From Mytilus trossulus (lineage: Eukaryota): DNA of 64,000 nucleotides. Position numbers and translations under genes: made by a program. This document shows positions 1 through 11,188 of this stretch, one piece after another (within the stretch, counting starts at the first letter, position 1; every line of letters begins with the position of its first letter). The stretch lies in the NCBI RefSeq assembly GCF_036588685.1, contig NC_086373.1:54808001-54872000 (forward strand). Reading direction: 5' to 3'. The notes under the pieces are model-generated. The model worked only from the letters and a program-made list of their open reading frames with translations, made no database searches and was not told where the DNA came from.

Positions 1-120
1 GACTTTCCATTTTGATTTCATCACTATTGGCGTCTGAAGATATGTACGGAATTTGTGTGGTCTGTTATGTGGGTAAATGTCTAAATTTTTGTTACTGTTA
101 ATGACCATGTAAAAGCTCAT
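1..120 (-). CDS. Polinton minor capsid (penton)-like protein, N-terminal 40 aa (runs off the window)
   Basis: Not in the ORF track. ATG at 120, one base after the integrase TAA. Translates MSFYMVINSNKNLDIYPHNRPHKFRTYLQTPIVMKSKWKV, resembling the F-Y-x-x-L-x-S-N...Y-P-x-N...F...L...W-x-V N-terminus of Polinton minor capsid proteins. Confidence 0.65.
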   Translation of the reverse strand, partial: MSFYMVINSNKNLDIYPHNRPHKFRTYLQTPIVMKSKWKV

Positions 121-121
121 T

Positions 122-1276
122 TTATAAGTCAACAATATCTCTCTCAGGAATCCACTGACAAAAACATTTATCCCAATCCAGGAATTTTACATAACCCTCA
201 CGTTGACCATTCCGCCTTCGCCATTTAAGCACTTTCTCAACAAACCACAATGCGTCAGCCTCCTTTTTCACACGCTGCAACTCTGTATAATTGAAATTGC
301 CTACAACTTCCTTGTCCAAAAAATCTTGTACTTTATAAAAGATTTTCCCATGTATTAGAAATCGTCTATATATTTTAAATATTTCGGAGGTCCACTGTTG
401 CTGATAAGCTCTTTGAAACGGTTTCTTCAAATGGCTCAGTCTTACCATGTCATTGATTTTAAAATGAAACTGTTTCCCTCTTTTACGTTGTACTTTTAAT
501 GTTTCTTTCTTTTCTCTGATTCGTTTTTCTTTGGGTGGAGTTTTAATATACATATATGCCCACAAATCATATTTGTTTTTCTCATTCACATCTTTTGGAG
601 CTGTATTATTTAAACTTCTATGTGGCGTTGCATTATAACTTGCTACCAAATTTTGTAGAACATTGAGATAGCTATAAGTTCTATGCTTTGTAAAATATCG
701 GAACATCATCCTCCGAAATGTCAAATTGACCCTCTCTGCTATTGACGCTTTACTACTGTCGGAATTTAAATAGACATGATGGTAAATGTCATATTTTTTA
801 AACACACGTTTCAAATCTTTGTTTTTGAATTCAGTTCCCGCATCTGTGGAAACCTTCAAAGGGATTTTACCATGTTTGAAGATTTTTTCAAATGCATCAG
901 CTACTGTCTTCCCAAACTTGTTTTTTAATGGATAAATCCATAAAAACCGTGTGAAAATATCGATAACAACCAACAGGAAACGTGTCTTATTGTTATATTT
1001 CTGTATGTTGGATACATCCATAAGGTCAGCATCGTATTGCTCATACGGTTCCGATACAATTATTTTCACTCTTTTAATTCTACGTTTTACAGGTTTTTGT
1101 AAATTGTAGTCGTCTATTTTTTCCATCCATTTCCTGATCTTGTATACGCTTGGTACATTTCCATCTCTTGATGTCTTCAACGTTTGATAAATTTTTTCAG
1201 CACTTAGGTATGCTCCCCCATTTGCTGTATTGTAATATACATTCCTAAGTTTTTCATCTAAATCATCATTTTCCAT
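122..1276 (-). CDS. Polinton integrase (rve DDE core + C-terminal chromodomain), 384 aa, intact
   Basis: YDADLMD / VIDIFTRFLW / STDAGTEF / SIAERVNLT catalytic motifs, YNATPHRSL, and chromodomain WFVEKVLKWRRRNGQREGYVKFLDWDKCFCQWIP. Confidence 0.92.
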   Translation of the reverse strand: MENDDLDEKLRNVYYNTANGGAYLSAEKIYQTLKTSRDGNVPSVYKIRKWMEKIDDYNLQKPVKRRIKRVKIIVSEPYEQYDADLMDVSNIQKYNNKTRFLLVVIDIFTRFLWIYPLKNKFGKTVADAFEKIFKHGKIPLKVSTDAGTEFKNKDLKRVFKKYDIYHHVYLNSDSSKASIAERVNLTFRRMMFRYFTKHRTYSYLNVLQNLVASYNATPHRSLNNTAPKDVNEKNKYDLWAYMYIKTPPKEKRIREKKETLKVQRKRGKQFHFKINDMVRLSHLKKPFQRAYQQQWTSEIFKIYRRFLIHGKIFYKVQDFLDKEVVGNFNYTELQRVKKEADALWFVEKVLKWRRRNGQREGYVKFLDWDKCFCQWIPERDIVDL

Positions 1277-1622
1277 TGTTAAAAATAGGTTCCAAATCTA
1301 TCATTTTTTCAACTTTATCTATTATGCGAGATGCTCTGTGCGGTGTTTTCAATATAGTATTTTTCCAATCTGTTGATTGTAAAAATGTAAGTTGATAGTA
1401 GACTCTCACATTATCTGGAATATTTGATTGTCTGACTAAATTAACAAAATCGGTGTACACTTTATCTGTTTCTACTTGATAAAAAAAATCCCATGCATTT
1501 CCTCCACTTATGTGTTCCACTTGATTTTCCTTCTTCAGAATGTCAAAAACTGACTTTGCATATATTATATCGAATATGTTATCAAGTCTGGCTATATTTT
1601 CACATGATTCTATCTCATCCAT
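1266..1622 (-). CDS. Polinton-encoded 118-aa protein of unknown function
   Basis: ATG-initiated, globular-looking composition, overlaps the integrase start by 11 nt, virus-like gene packing. Confidence 0.7.
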   Translation of the reverse strand: MDEIESCENIARLDNIFDIIYAKSVFDILKKENQVEHISGGNAWDFFYQVETDKVYTDFVNLVRQSNIPDNVRVYYQLTFLQSTDWKNTILKTPHRASRIIDKVEKMIDLEPIFNNGK

Positions 1623-1669
1623 GTTTTATTAATAATAATAATAATTTATAATGTATGATATTTTTGTTT

Positions 1670-1711
1670 GGGTTAGGGTTAGGGTTAGGGTTAGGGTTAG
1701 GGTTAGGGTTA
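1670..1711 (+). repeat. Interstitial telomeric repeat (GGGTTA)7 in the Polinton terminal region
   Basis: Seven perfect GGGTTA units counted directly. Confidence 0.97.
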
Positions 1712-1761
1712 ATTATTATATTTACCAATTAAACTTTTATCAAATTAAAGCTCTCAAATTG

Positions 1762-1950
1762 TTTTAAATGTTCCTTTTACTACTTCCATATCCAGCATAT
1801 CAACAATTTAAATGATTGGTAATGCGTTAAATTGTTTAATGAAATGAAATTTTTTTTTAAATGTTCAATTTACTTTTACTACTTCCATATCCAGCATATC
1901 AACAATGTTAAATTGATTGGTAATGCATTAAAATTGTTTAATGCAGTGAA
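1762..1950. repeat. ~95-bp imperfect tandem duplication in the Polinton terminal region
   Basis: TTTTACTACTTCCATATCCAGCATATCAACAAT...GATTGGTAATGC occurs twice, starting near 1775 and 1874. Confidence 0.85.
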
Positions 1951-4446
1951 AAAAAAAATAAAAACATTCTTTTATATTTTACAAATTAAAAATCAATATT
2001 TTGATATTATCCAACAAATATATTATGCAATTTTTGCTGACGGGGGCAAAATTTTTGTCAACGTGGCAAAAATATTTGCTGCTGCCACACAATATATACT
2101 ACTGTATGTATTGTTTTAAAATAGCTTTTCGTTCCGTGCATGTATGCATGAACTATTTGACACTGCACGTTCTGCAACCACCAATCTGTCAATCAATCGA
2201 TTTTATAGAAAAGATGTATCATATCTTACATCAAAACAATGTATAACGCCACCCGTTCATCTTTTTCTACAACATGATATATGTGCAGATCACACTGCTG
2301 ACATTACTAGACCAGGCCACATATACCTGAGGCTGTAGATGGGGGTTTACAGAATAGAGAATAATGAACAAAAAATAGAAAGAATAGTATCGGAAGTATT
2401 GGAACAGAATATAAACAAACAGGAACATAAATTGTACGGCTCTAATTAGAAATGATTACAGTTCAAACACAGCTGCATCATACATTAAAGTTAACGGTCA
2501 ATCAGACAGTCTGCTTAAGTTTACGAAAACAATAAATCTACAAATACTTAACACGCTAGGCCAAAGCAAATCAATCTAGGCAATTAAATACCGATCTTAG
2601 ATAAGAAATAAATGTGCAAGTTTCACCCTATGACAGTTTTCAGATAAAAAAAAAAAAAAAAGACGATTTTTAAGTTTGCTGAACATGTTGTGGCTAAAAT
2701 TATGTGCATATTCAGGACTTGAACAAAATAACAATAAATACAGTAGATATAGGTTCGTAATGGAATGTCTTTATTGACTTTGTCTTGTGTAAAAAGCTCT
2801 CTTGAAATCCCAGCGGGTTTAAGCAACTTTAAAGTAAGTGCTTTGGTACTTTTGTAGTTAATATAATTTTTTTTACTTAATTCGCCATTTATTATTTTAT
2901 AATTTACATATGAAACAATAACCCGGATAAATCATTCCAGAAACATGATAGTGCTTACATTTTATAAGAGGATAACAAAATTAGAGAATTATATTTATTT
3001 AGATTGATATCCATGATGGAGCAAAGTTTCAACCACTTTTTTATGTCCCTTTTTATCATAAGATATTCGCGTCATTATTTATATAAAGAATGATGAGGAT
3101 GACGATAAAAACGATGTCTGATGTCCAGTGGTAACTATTACAACATGCATACACCCAGAATAACAACATGATTTATGTTATTAACACGTTTTGTACCAGA
3201 AAAACTGAGTCAGATGTTTTGACGCATTTTTCAGCTGATACAAATAACTTTGTAAGAAGCTTAAGACGTGCCAAGACGCATTATTCTAACTTCAATCGTA
3301 CCAGTATTCAAATGCTTTCATTACTTATAAACGAATGTTTTCTTAACCTTCATTATTTGTTTGATAAGAGCAATGTTACATGTAATATCATGGAAAAAAA
3401 CATTGTTTTTTACGGAAAGCTGGAACAAGGAGCTAAGTCAACAGTGTTATATTCCGGACGTCAACACAAAAAAAAACAGCATGCAAATATATATATGGGG
3501 GATAAGTATACAATTTTTTACACATCAGACTGTACTAGTTATATCATAACTTTGGATACACCAAACAAGGTACTTTATATATGAGTAACAGGCAATGTAC
3601 GCCCTCTATTTTATAGAACTAATTCATAACTATTTGTTTCATTTGTATTCATCTGCCAAATGTGTGTGTTTTGCAAGGTTCAGCAGTTCTTACCCTTTCA
3701 TTTGATACATGTATTTATATAACTTACCAAAAATTATTCTGCATATAATATAGTTTGATTTAAATACGTAAGAACTACTATTTTTTTTAAATACGTACTT
3801 CTTTCCTTTTTGAACGCGCCCAAAATGGTTGGTGTAACATCTTACGAAGTCTATTAAATTTTTTGGGCAAACTATTTCGCTCTGGCTGTTGCTAGTGGTC
3901 GTCTTACACGTGCAGTGTTGTGAGATACTTTTCGTTCCACGTTGAAGGTTTAATGTGACTTACAGCAATTACAGCGCTGTTCCTTTGCTTAATTTTTTAA
4001 TGTGTTTTTTTTAATGTGGTTATATATTCATTTCTGTCACGGATTGATACCCAATATTCTTTTGTTTTTCTATGGAAAAAAATGTTCCTTTACAAAAAAA
4101 AAATATTGGTATATTCCAAACTTCGATTTTTTTTAATAATGTAAATGATTTTTAATTTTAACAAGGAGGTTATTATGAGATATTCTAACCTAACTAAACG
4201 AAAAAGAGAATTGTAATATAAAATCTTACGATTCTAAAGTTTCTTCGAACAAGATCTGTTATCATATGCTAATTACCCATATCATATTTTAATGACCACA
4301 TACTGTGGCCATCGTGATCATATAAACCCTAATAAATTATAAACATTCGAATGTAAAATTTCGCACGATAGATAATGACAAACAAACGACGGAAATTACA
4401 TAATAAATCCACAGCGTGTATCTTAATATATTTGTCAGTACATGGA

Positions 4447-4548
4447 TAACCCGAATAATCCAGTCGTTATATTACGATCACTTCGATCACTCCATTAACC
4501 ATTTCATCGAGAAAAGTAGTGGATAGGGGCTCTGAATTATTCGATTTA
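4447..4548. mobile_element. ~100-bp MITE with 9-bp TSD
   Basis: TIR TAACCCGAATAAT...ATTATTCGATTTA. TSD GTACATGGA at 4438-4446 and 4549-4557. Confidence 0.85.
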
Positions 4549-4711
4549 GTACATGGAGGAAAGATATTCAAAGATTAGGAGCGACGATTCAATTTCCATT
4601 TGTGTATTGTATTTGTCGTGGTTGAAACGGCACCAGGAACATATCAGGATAGACAACAAAAGTCTGTAAGTATCTAGTTTATGTCTTTATAAATATTAAC
4701 ATAGATATTAT

Positions 4712-5035
4712 AATAGATATAGGAGGATGTGGTGTGAGTGCCAATGAGACAACTCTCCATCCAAATAACAATTTAAAAAGTAAACCATTATAGGTTAAAG
4801 TACGGCCTTCAACACGGAGCCTTGGCTCACACCGAACAACAAGCTATAAAGGGCCCCAAAATTACTAGTGTAAAACCATTCAAACGGGAAAACCAACGGT
4901 CTAATCTATATAAACAAAATGAGAAACACGTATATATTACATAAACAAACGACAACTACTGTACATCAGATTCCTGACTTAGGACAGGTGCAAACATTTG
5001 CAGCGGGATTAAACGTTTTAATGGATCCAAACCTT
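4712..5035 (-). mobile_element. Naiad/Penelope-associated 3' end repeat, family B, 5'-truncated within the twister motif
   Basis: Near-identical reverse complement of about 10858-11188. Confidence 0.8.
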
Positions 5036-5499
5036 ATAAGCCTTTCATGCCTTCTGTTGACAAATTTTCTTAACTATGCACTATTTTAGTAGACCACCGA
5101 TGTCCTTTTTTAACTAAAAGAACCTCTTTGAAAAGACACACCTCAGTCGAATCTTTCTTCTCAAATGAATGCCTGAATGGTCATCAAATTTATACTTGTT
5201 ATGGGCAGGCATTTTCGAATAATTTAAAAAAAAATGTATTAATTCTGACTGCAAAATTAAGGAATTTTAAATGGTAAATAATATACATTGTATCTCGAGG
5301 GAAATGTACACACTTAGACAACAGTGAATTTTTTTTCATAAATATTATATAATGGTAAAAGTGTAGCATACACATATCATGTGTACTAACGATTAAACTC
5401 TGGAAGAAATATAGTCAAGCATGAATACAAATTAAAGGGTCCTATTTGGAAAAAATAAATTTTCTCAGAAAGGTATCTCTTTCTTCAGAGGTTTATATG

Positions 5500-6330
5500 A
5501 AACGTTCATGTCTGTTGTGCAGTGATGTTTTTTTCTTTCTCCGACGCCTGTATGCGAGACATAGTAGGTATTGCAACCCAGCGGCACCGGCGACGATGGT
5601 GTACACTCTTTTTTTGAAGCATTATATTTCATAGGTTAGACAATCTAAATGTTTCATACGATATGTTACGAAATTTCCGTCTGTCATATTTCAATGTCCC
5701 GGCAACCTCATTTTCATGGTTCAGTAACTGCTTGATACATTTTGTTTTGTTAAATAAAAAACTCACTTATTATGAGTAATATGATAACTATGTTTGGTAT
5801 ATGGGTTCCTAGCAACATTTACATGTTCGTCAGCTAGGTACATGTAGGGTGAACCTGACCTGGACCTTATTCCATGGATCATTTATCAAAGATAAAGTAA
5901 CTTAAGCAAGACTGTATCTAGATACTATAACTAGTCAGTCATCTATATTTGCTGTATTGATTATTGAAATGATTGTAAGCTGTACATATCTACCCGATAG
6001 GTTCCGTCTGACCTTGGCCTCAATTTCATAGTTCATTGGCCGATGTATGGTGTTGTGGTTTGGTCTATTTCTCAGATGCCTTAAGCAGTAGGGTACCAAT
6101 ATAATGTGTATCATGTATGGAATCATTGTCAGCTGGAAATGTCAGTCTGACAGGTCTCAATTGACTTCGACCTCATTTTTATGGTTCATTGGACAATTTT
6201 TAGTTGTGTGGTTGGGTCAATTTTTCGGGCATTATAAGCAATAGGTCAATAATATGCAGTGTATGGAACAACCATGACAACTGTGGTGTCATGTCTATTT
6301 GTCGGGGTAACATGACCTTAACCTAATTGT
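5500..6330. mobile_element. Degenerate non-autonomous element with internal tandem core repeats (Helentron/pearl-like)
   Basis: Recurrent GACCTCATTTT(C/T)ATGGTTCA-like cores and a GGC-rich microsatellite-like start. Boundaries are approximate. Confidence 0.4.
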
Positions 6331-8083
6331 TTGATGATAAGATGTTGTATTAAGATCTGATTCTCAGGAACTATTAGCAACACCAGAACACACCCACAAA
6401 ATCGCGGTCATATACAGCTTGTGAACTGGGATGATTTTTTGTATTAAAAAGATATTATGTATGGAGAATTTCATAAAAGTATTAAAAGCCCTCTTCCTTT
6501 TTTCAAAGTCTGATATTTGTTTCCTTTCTGTTAAATTCAATATTTTTTGTGTCTCTGGTCTCAGACCACAATTACTCTTCTCCTTTGCTACAATGCATCT
6601 TTTGGTAAAATTTGCACCGCTCCAAACATGTATTAATTGTAACTGCTTATATATAGACCATATTAGTCTAATAAAATATGCTTCTAGGACAATCCATTAG
6701 TGCTTTTTCTTATGAGGGCATTATTAACATGCCAATGGTAGGATATGAATCTTGTATATATGACTGACCGACTAAAGCTAATTTTAGGGGTGGTCGGAGG
6801 GGTCCTGATCCCGAAATCCCCGGCTTAAAAACACGAAATCCCGAGATGCAGAATTTAAAGAAATTCATATCCCGAAATCGAAAAATATATTCCCGGATCC
6901 CGTAAGGGTCAATCCCAAAATCCCGAGGTTCCGAAAAAGTCCTAATTCCCTCTTATCCCTACCCTACTTTCTTTTTTGCCCGATCACTACTTTCAATTTC
7001 AACAATAAGTTTTATGCCCCATCTTTTGGCATTGTGTTTTCTAGTCTGCGAATCTGTGCGTGTGTTCGTTTGTTCGTCCTTCCGTCTGTCCCGCTGCAGG
7101 TTAAGGTTTTTGGTCGAAGCATGATGAATAATTTATCGTGGTGGGAGGAAGAGAAGCGACACACAAAATGAGGTCTTCTCGTTTAATAGTATACATGAAA
7201 ACAATCAAACATTGTAGTTGTGCATTGCTAATGTTAAGTATACGTGATATTTGTAGTAAAACCTCCATACTAAAGACTTTCAACATGATTTGAATGATAA
7301 GTAAGATAAAGGCGAGACATTTGCACTCATATTTGGGTAATAAAATGTGTAAAATGTTGACAAAAGTACATGTACCTAAATTTCAATATATTTTTGTATC
7401 AGAGTGCCGAAGGATCATCTTTAATATTTTGACAGGAAAATGGATATTTCGTTGAATGGGGGAATGTGTTGGGTACATTACTCATACTTTTGCCTGAGGA
7501 AGCTGCTGTTCTTTTTGAAACATGTCTTACTTGTTTTCTGGTATGTCATGTATGTGAATGGGGTAGGTAAAAGTATTGTCAACACAAGTCCTGTGTGTTG
7601 TTTAAAACTTAATGAACCCGGTTTTTTAATTGTAATGTGTGTCTTCAGTTCGCTATCTCCTAGGCATGAACCATTCATCTGTTTTAAGACTCTATGATTG
7701 ATTGATTGATTGATTGATCATGACTGGCTGAATGTCCAATGGCAAATATTACATGCATATTCAGGAAGTTGGGAACGATTCATGCCAATCCTGATAAAAA
7801 ATAAAGAAATATGCTTGAAGAAAATTAATAACAGAGTAAGTGTTCCTGCATTTTAACTTCAAATATTTCTTGTAGAGTGAGAAAAATGTTATGCAACACC
7901 AGCAAAAAAGATTAGATTGTTATTCAGTCCTGACTTATACAGTGTTTCTGAAGATGGAGATTAGGTATGTAATAATGAGTTTTTAATCTGATAGAGTGTT
8001 GACTTTTAAATTGTAAAAGTTTAATGAGTTACTGTACGTTAATCCCTTTATTGTATAAAAATTCAACAACTGCTGTTCAAGTG

Positions 8084-8184
8084 TAGCTCGAATAATTCAA
8101 GCCCTTTCTGTGTCCGATTTTCTCCAACACGAGGTTAATGTAGCCTTCGTAGATCAGCGGAATATAACTGAATTATTCGGGTTA
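8084..8184. mobile_element. ~100-bp MITE with 9-bp TSD, diverged relative of 4447-4548 in the opposite orientation
   Basis: TIR TAGCTCGAATAATTCA...TGAATTATTCGGGTTA. TSD GTTCAAGTG at 8075-8083 and 8185-8193. Confidence 0.85.
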
Positions 8185-8837
8185 GTTCAAGTGCATAGCA
8201 TAGCCATCTTTATCTTGCTGTATCCAGAGGCAATATATATATAAGAAGATGTGGTATGGGTGCCAATAAGACAACTCTCCATCCAAGTCACAATTTATAA
8301 AAGTAAATCATCAAAGGTCAAAGTACGGACTTCAACACTGAGCAAGACTGTTATTAATGACAATTAAAAGAGTGAATAATATTATATAAACAAAATAGAC
8401 ACCATAAATAAAAGAAAGACAGACAGTTTCTTCATCAAATATAATAAATTTTGGTATGATAACTAAAAATGTTTGAAATTGTTTTGAATTTATCGTTACT
8501 TCTTTCAGATCAGGCCTATCCAGAAGCAAGAAAAAGAACAATTCATAGCACGTTCATCTACAGAGAAAGACATGTTTAAAAAAACAGATTTATTTTCAAT
8601 TTTAGAAAAACCTGTTGAACTTTTACTATTTCTTATCTGTTTATTTTACATTTATATGTTGATATTTTTTTTTTAAATTGCTGCACAGTTTTTCTATTCA
8701 GTCCCATATAACAAAAATAGTCAGATCGCAACTTCAAATAAAATACATTTTTATGAATGTTACATGTCATTAAATAGACATGAAAGATGGAAAATTATAT
8801 AGGAACACATTTTTTATGACCTAAATGTATTGTCAAG

Positions 8838-9661
8838 GTAAATTTATTATGTGAACATATCAAATATTATAAAAAATACTGCTGGTTTAAAATAAAATTA
8901 TTCTATGTAGCCTAATGTATTCATACAGATCAGTGTATATTTTCCTAAACAAATTTTACATATTTTTATAACCAGAATAAATTTATTCTGTGTCTCAACC
9001 TTTTAAGTTAACACAACTACTGTACTATCAAAATAGATTTATTTTATATAGCATAATACTTTTAATCCACATTGAATGTAGAATAAATTTATTCTGTGTC
9101 GCCTCCTTAATATGATAACTGTACTTTCAGAATAAATTTATTTTATATATTATTATACAAGACAAAAATCACATTGAACATAGAATAAATTTATTCTGTG
9201 TCTTAACCTCACCATACAGATTACTTTACTTTCAAAATAAATTTATTTTATATTTTATTATAATCATAAATGACATTAAATGTAGAATAAATTTATTCTG
9301 TATCACAGCCTTAGCATACAGATTACTGGACTTTCAAAATAAATTTATTTTAAATATTGTTATAATCATAAATTACATTAAATGTAGAATAAATTTATTC
9401 TATGATTTTCTCGAACTGATAATAGATATCAAGGCTCTTTATAATAAATTTATTTTATAAATGATTATATACAGAAAGCACCATGCATTTAGAATAAATT
9501 TATTCTAAGTTGCATCATTTACGGAGAGTTGAATGAAAATGGACAGTAGAATTCAGTATAAATTTATTTTGAAATGTATCAAATAAATACTAATAAAACA
9601 TAATTGTCTTTGTTTTTCATGATTTTTTCTCAAATACATGGGTTATAGAATAAATTTATTA
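8838..9661. repeat. Array of ~15 16-bp palindromes A(G/A)AATAAATTTATT(C/T)T at ~51-bp spacing
   Basis: Examples at 8974, 9030, 9080, 9129, 9182, 9233, 9284, 9336, 9386, 9441 and 9491. Confidence 0.85.
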
Positions 9662-10348
9662 CGTTCCGGTCTTATTTTGGCCTCTAATTGCACTTGTCAG
9701 AAATTAGAGTGAAAAAAGAGGAAAATTGGTTTTTTCCTTTTTTATTCTGCTCTCTGTTAGTAATAAAATAATTAACCGAAAGAAAATGTCATACCATACT
9801 TTATTTTTAAGCTCATAAAATCTTCCTCATTTTTCTTTATGGCAAAATGGTCTATATGCTAAAATTACGCGCAAGTTTCAAACTTTTGTAGAACTCCGTC
9901 GTGCTTTCAATTCATTGTTATGGATGAAAATATCATATAAAACTCAGTTAAGTTCATTGTTTACGATCTAACTAACTAGAAATATGCCATTTTCGTAAAA
10001 TAAACGAGTTATTACAAGTGTTTTCAAAACCCTTTTATGAAACGAGTTCAAGCAACTGAAGATGCACTAAAAAGCATGTGTCGCTCACCTAGGTCTATAT
10101 GCATTTGCTTGTTTGATTTCTAGTCATGTCGGCCATGTTTGTTGGCAGTCGAGGTCATCGGACACATTTTAAAACTAAATATAGCAGTGATGAGTGTGGC
10201 CAAGTTTTGTTAAATCTGGCACGGAAGTTTTTCATAAGTTAACGGACATCGATGACGACAAAAGGACACGGGCGACGAAAGCCAAGCATGCACAGGCGAC
10301 AAACACCAAGTGATTAGACACATACAGATTCTTCACAATTAAACTCAC

Positions 10349-10423
10349 ATATTGTATTTCTTTTTCTGATCTGTGTTTCGGGAGTTTGGATAAAATTCGT
10401 TTTCCTTCTGTTGACATTCTCAT
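10349..10423 (-). CDS. CNBD2-like gene, coding exon 4
   Basis: TTTCAG acceptor, GTGAGT donor, 75 nt, MRMSTEGKRILSKLPKHRSEKEIQY. Resembles the segment that precedes the first cNMP-binding domain in CNBD2-like proteins. Confidence 0.75.
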
Positions 10424-10619
10424 CTGAAACGTAAAGAAATATTTTTTTTGAAATGCAGATAAAAAAAGACCCGAGATAGTTCGCTCGAAGCTTTCAAAAT
10501 ACTTTTCTCACTTTTCTGTCAATCAAATATATCACATACAAATTGTGTTTGAAAATGGTATACCGCAGGATATCATATTTTAAGATGTCACCATAATAAA
10601 AACCGGTTTTTTTCTAAAG

Positions 10620-11188
10620 TGAACATTGATTGGTTAAATATTTCTCAGTGTGTTTGAATTTGTTTGTTAGCTTTTTGGTCATGAATGTTTGTCTCTGATA
10701 TTTTATTAACTATGCATTTGTATTCAGATATCGCAGATCAAATTTGTTCGTTCATTGTGTAATCATTCGTTTTTTGATTGAGTTAAGTCTGCCAATTGAT
10801 ATTTTATCGTATGTTTTTCTATGTTGTGATGTTATGCTATTGTTTCAGAAAAAGGGAGAAGGTTTGGATCCATTAAAACGTTTAATCCCGCTGCAAATGT
10901 TTGCACCTGTCCTAAGTCAGGAATCTGATGTACAGTAGTTGTCGTTTGTTTATGTAATATATACGTGTTTCTCGTTTCTCGTTTTGTTTATATAGATTAG
11001 ACCGTTGGTTTTCCCGTTTGAATGGTTTTACACTAGTAATTTTGGGGCCCTTTATAGCTTGTTATTCGGTGTGAGCCAATGCTCCGTGTTGAAGGCCGTA
11101 CTTTAACCTATAATGGTTTACTTTTTAAATTGTTATTTGGATGGAGAGTTGTCTCATTGGCACTCACACCACATCTTCCTATATCTAT
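10620..11188 (+). mobile_element. Naiad/Penelope-associated 3' end repeat, family B
   Basis: Same module order as the RT-linked family C tail: twister, GGGGCC motif, then terminal GTTGTCTCATTGGCA. Left boundary is approximate. Confidence 0.7.
10845..10928 (+). ncRNA. Twister ribozyme, type-P5 permutation (family B)
   Basis: TCAGA-AAAA-GGGA-GAAGG-TT-TGGATCCA-TTA-AAACGTTT^AA-TCCC-GC-TGCAAATGTTTGCA-CCTG-TCCTAAGT-CAGG-AA-TCTGA. P5, P2, P3 and P4 all pair. Predicted cleavage at 10883/10884. Confidence 0.8.

Larger units (their letters stand above)
1..2103 (-). mobile_element. Polinton/Maverick element, terminal part (continues left of the window)
   Basis: Three tightly packed, intronless minus-strand ORFs, including a retroviral-type integrase with chromodomain. 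The non-coding terminal region ends in ACTACT at 2098-2103, which is the 5'-AGTAGT Polinton terminus on the minus strand. Candidate 6-bp TSD GTATGT at 2104-2109. Confidence 0.85.

Noticed and set aside
1670-1711. True chromosome end or telomere fusion site
   Set aside because: Only 7 units in one orientation, embedded about 400 bp inside a transposon terminus.
8838-9661. CRISPR-like array of palindromic repeats with spacers
   Set aside because: Eukaryotic intron, no cas genes, repeats are only 16 bp, and alternate spacers are homologous to each other.
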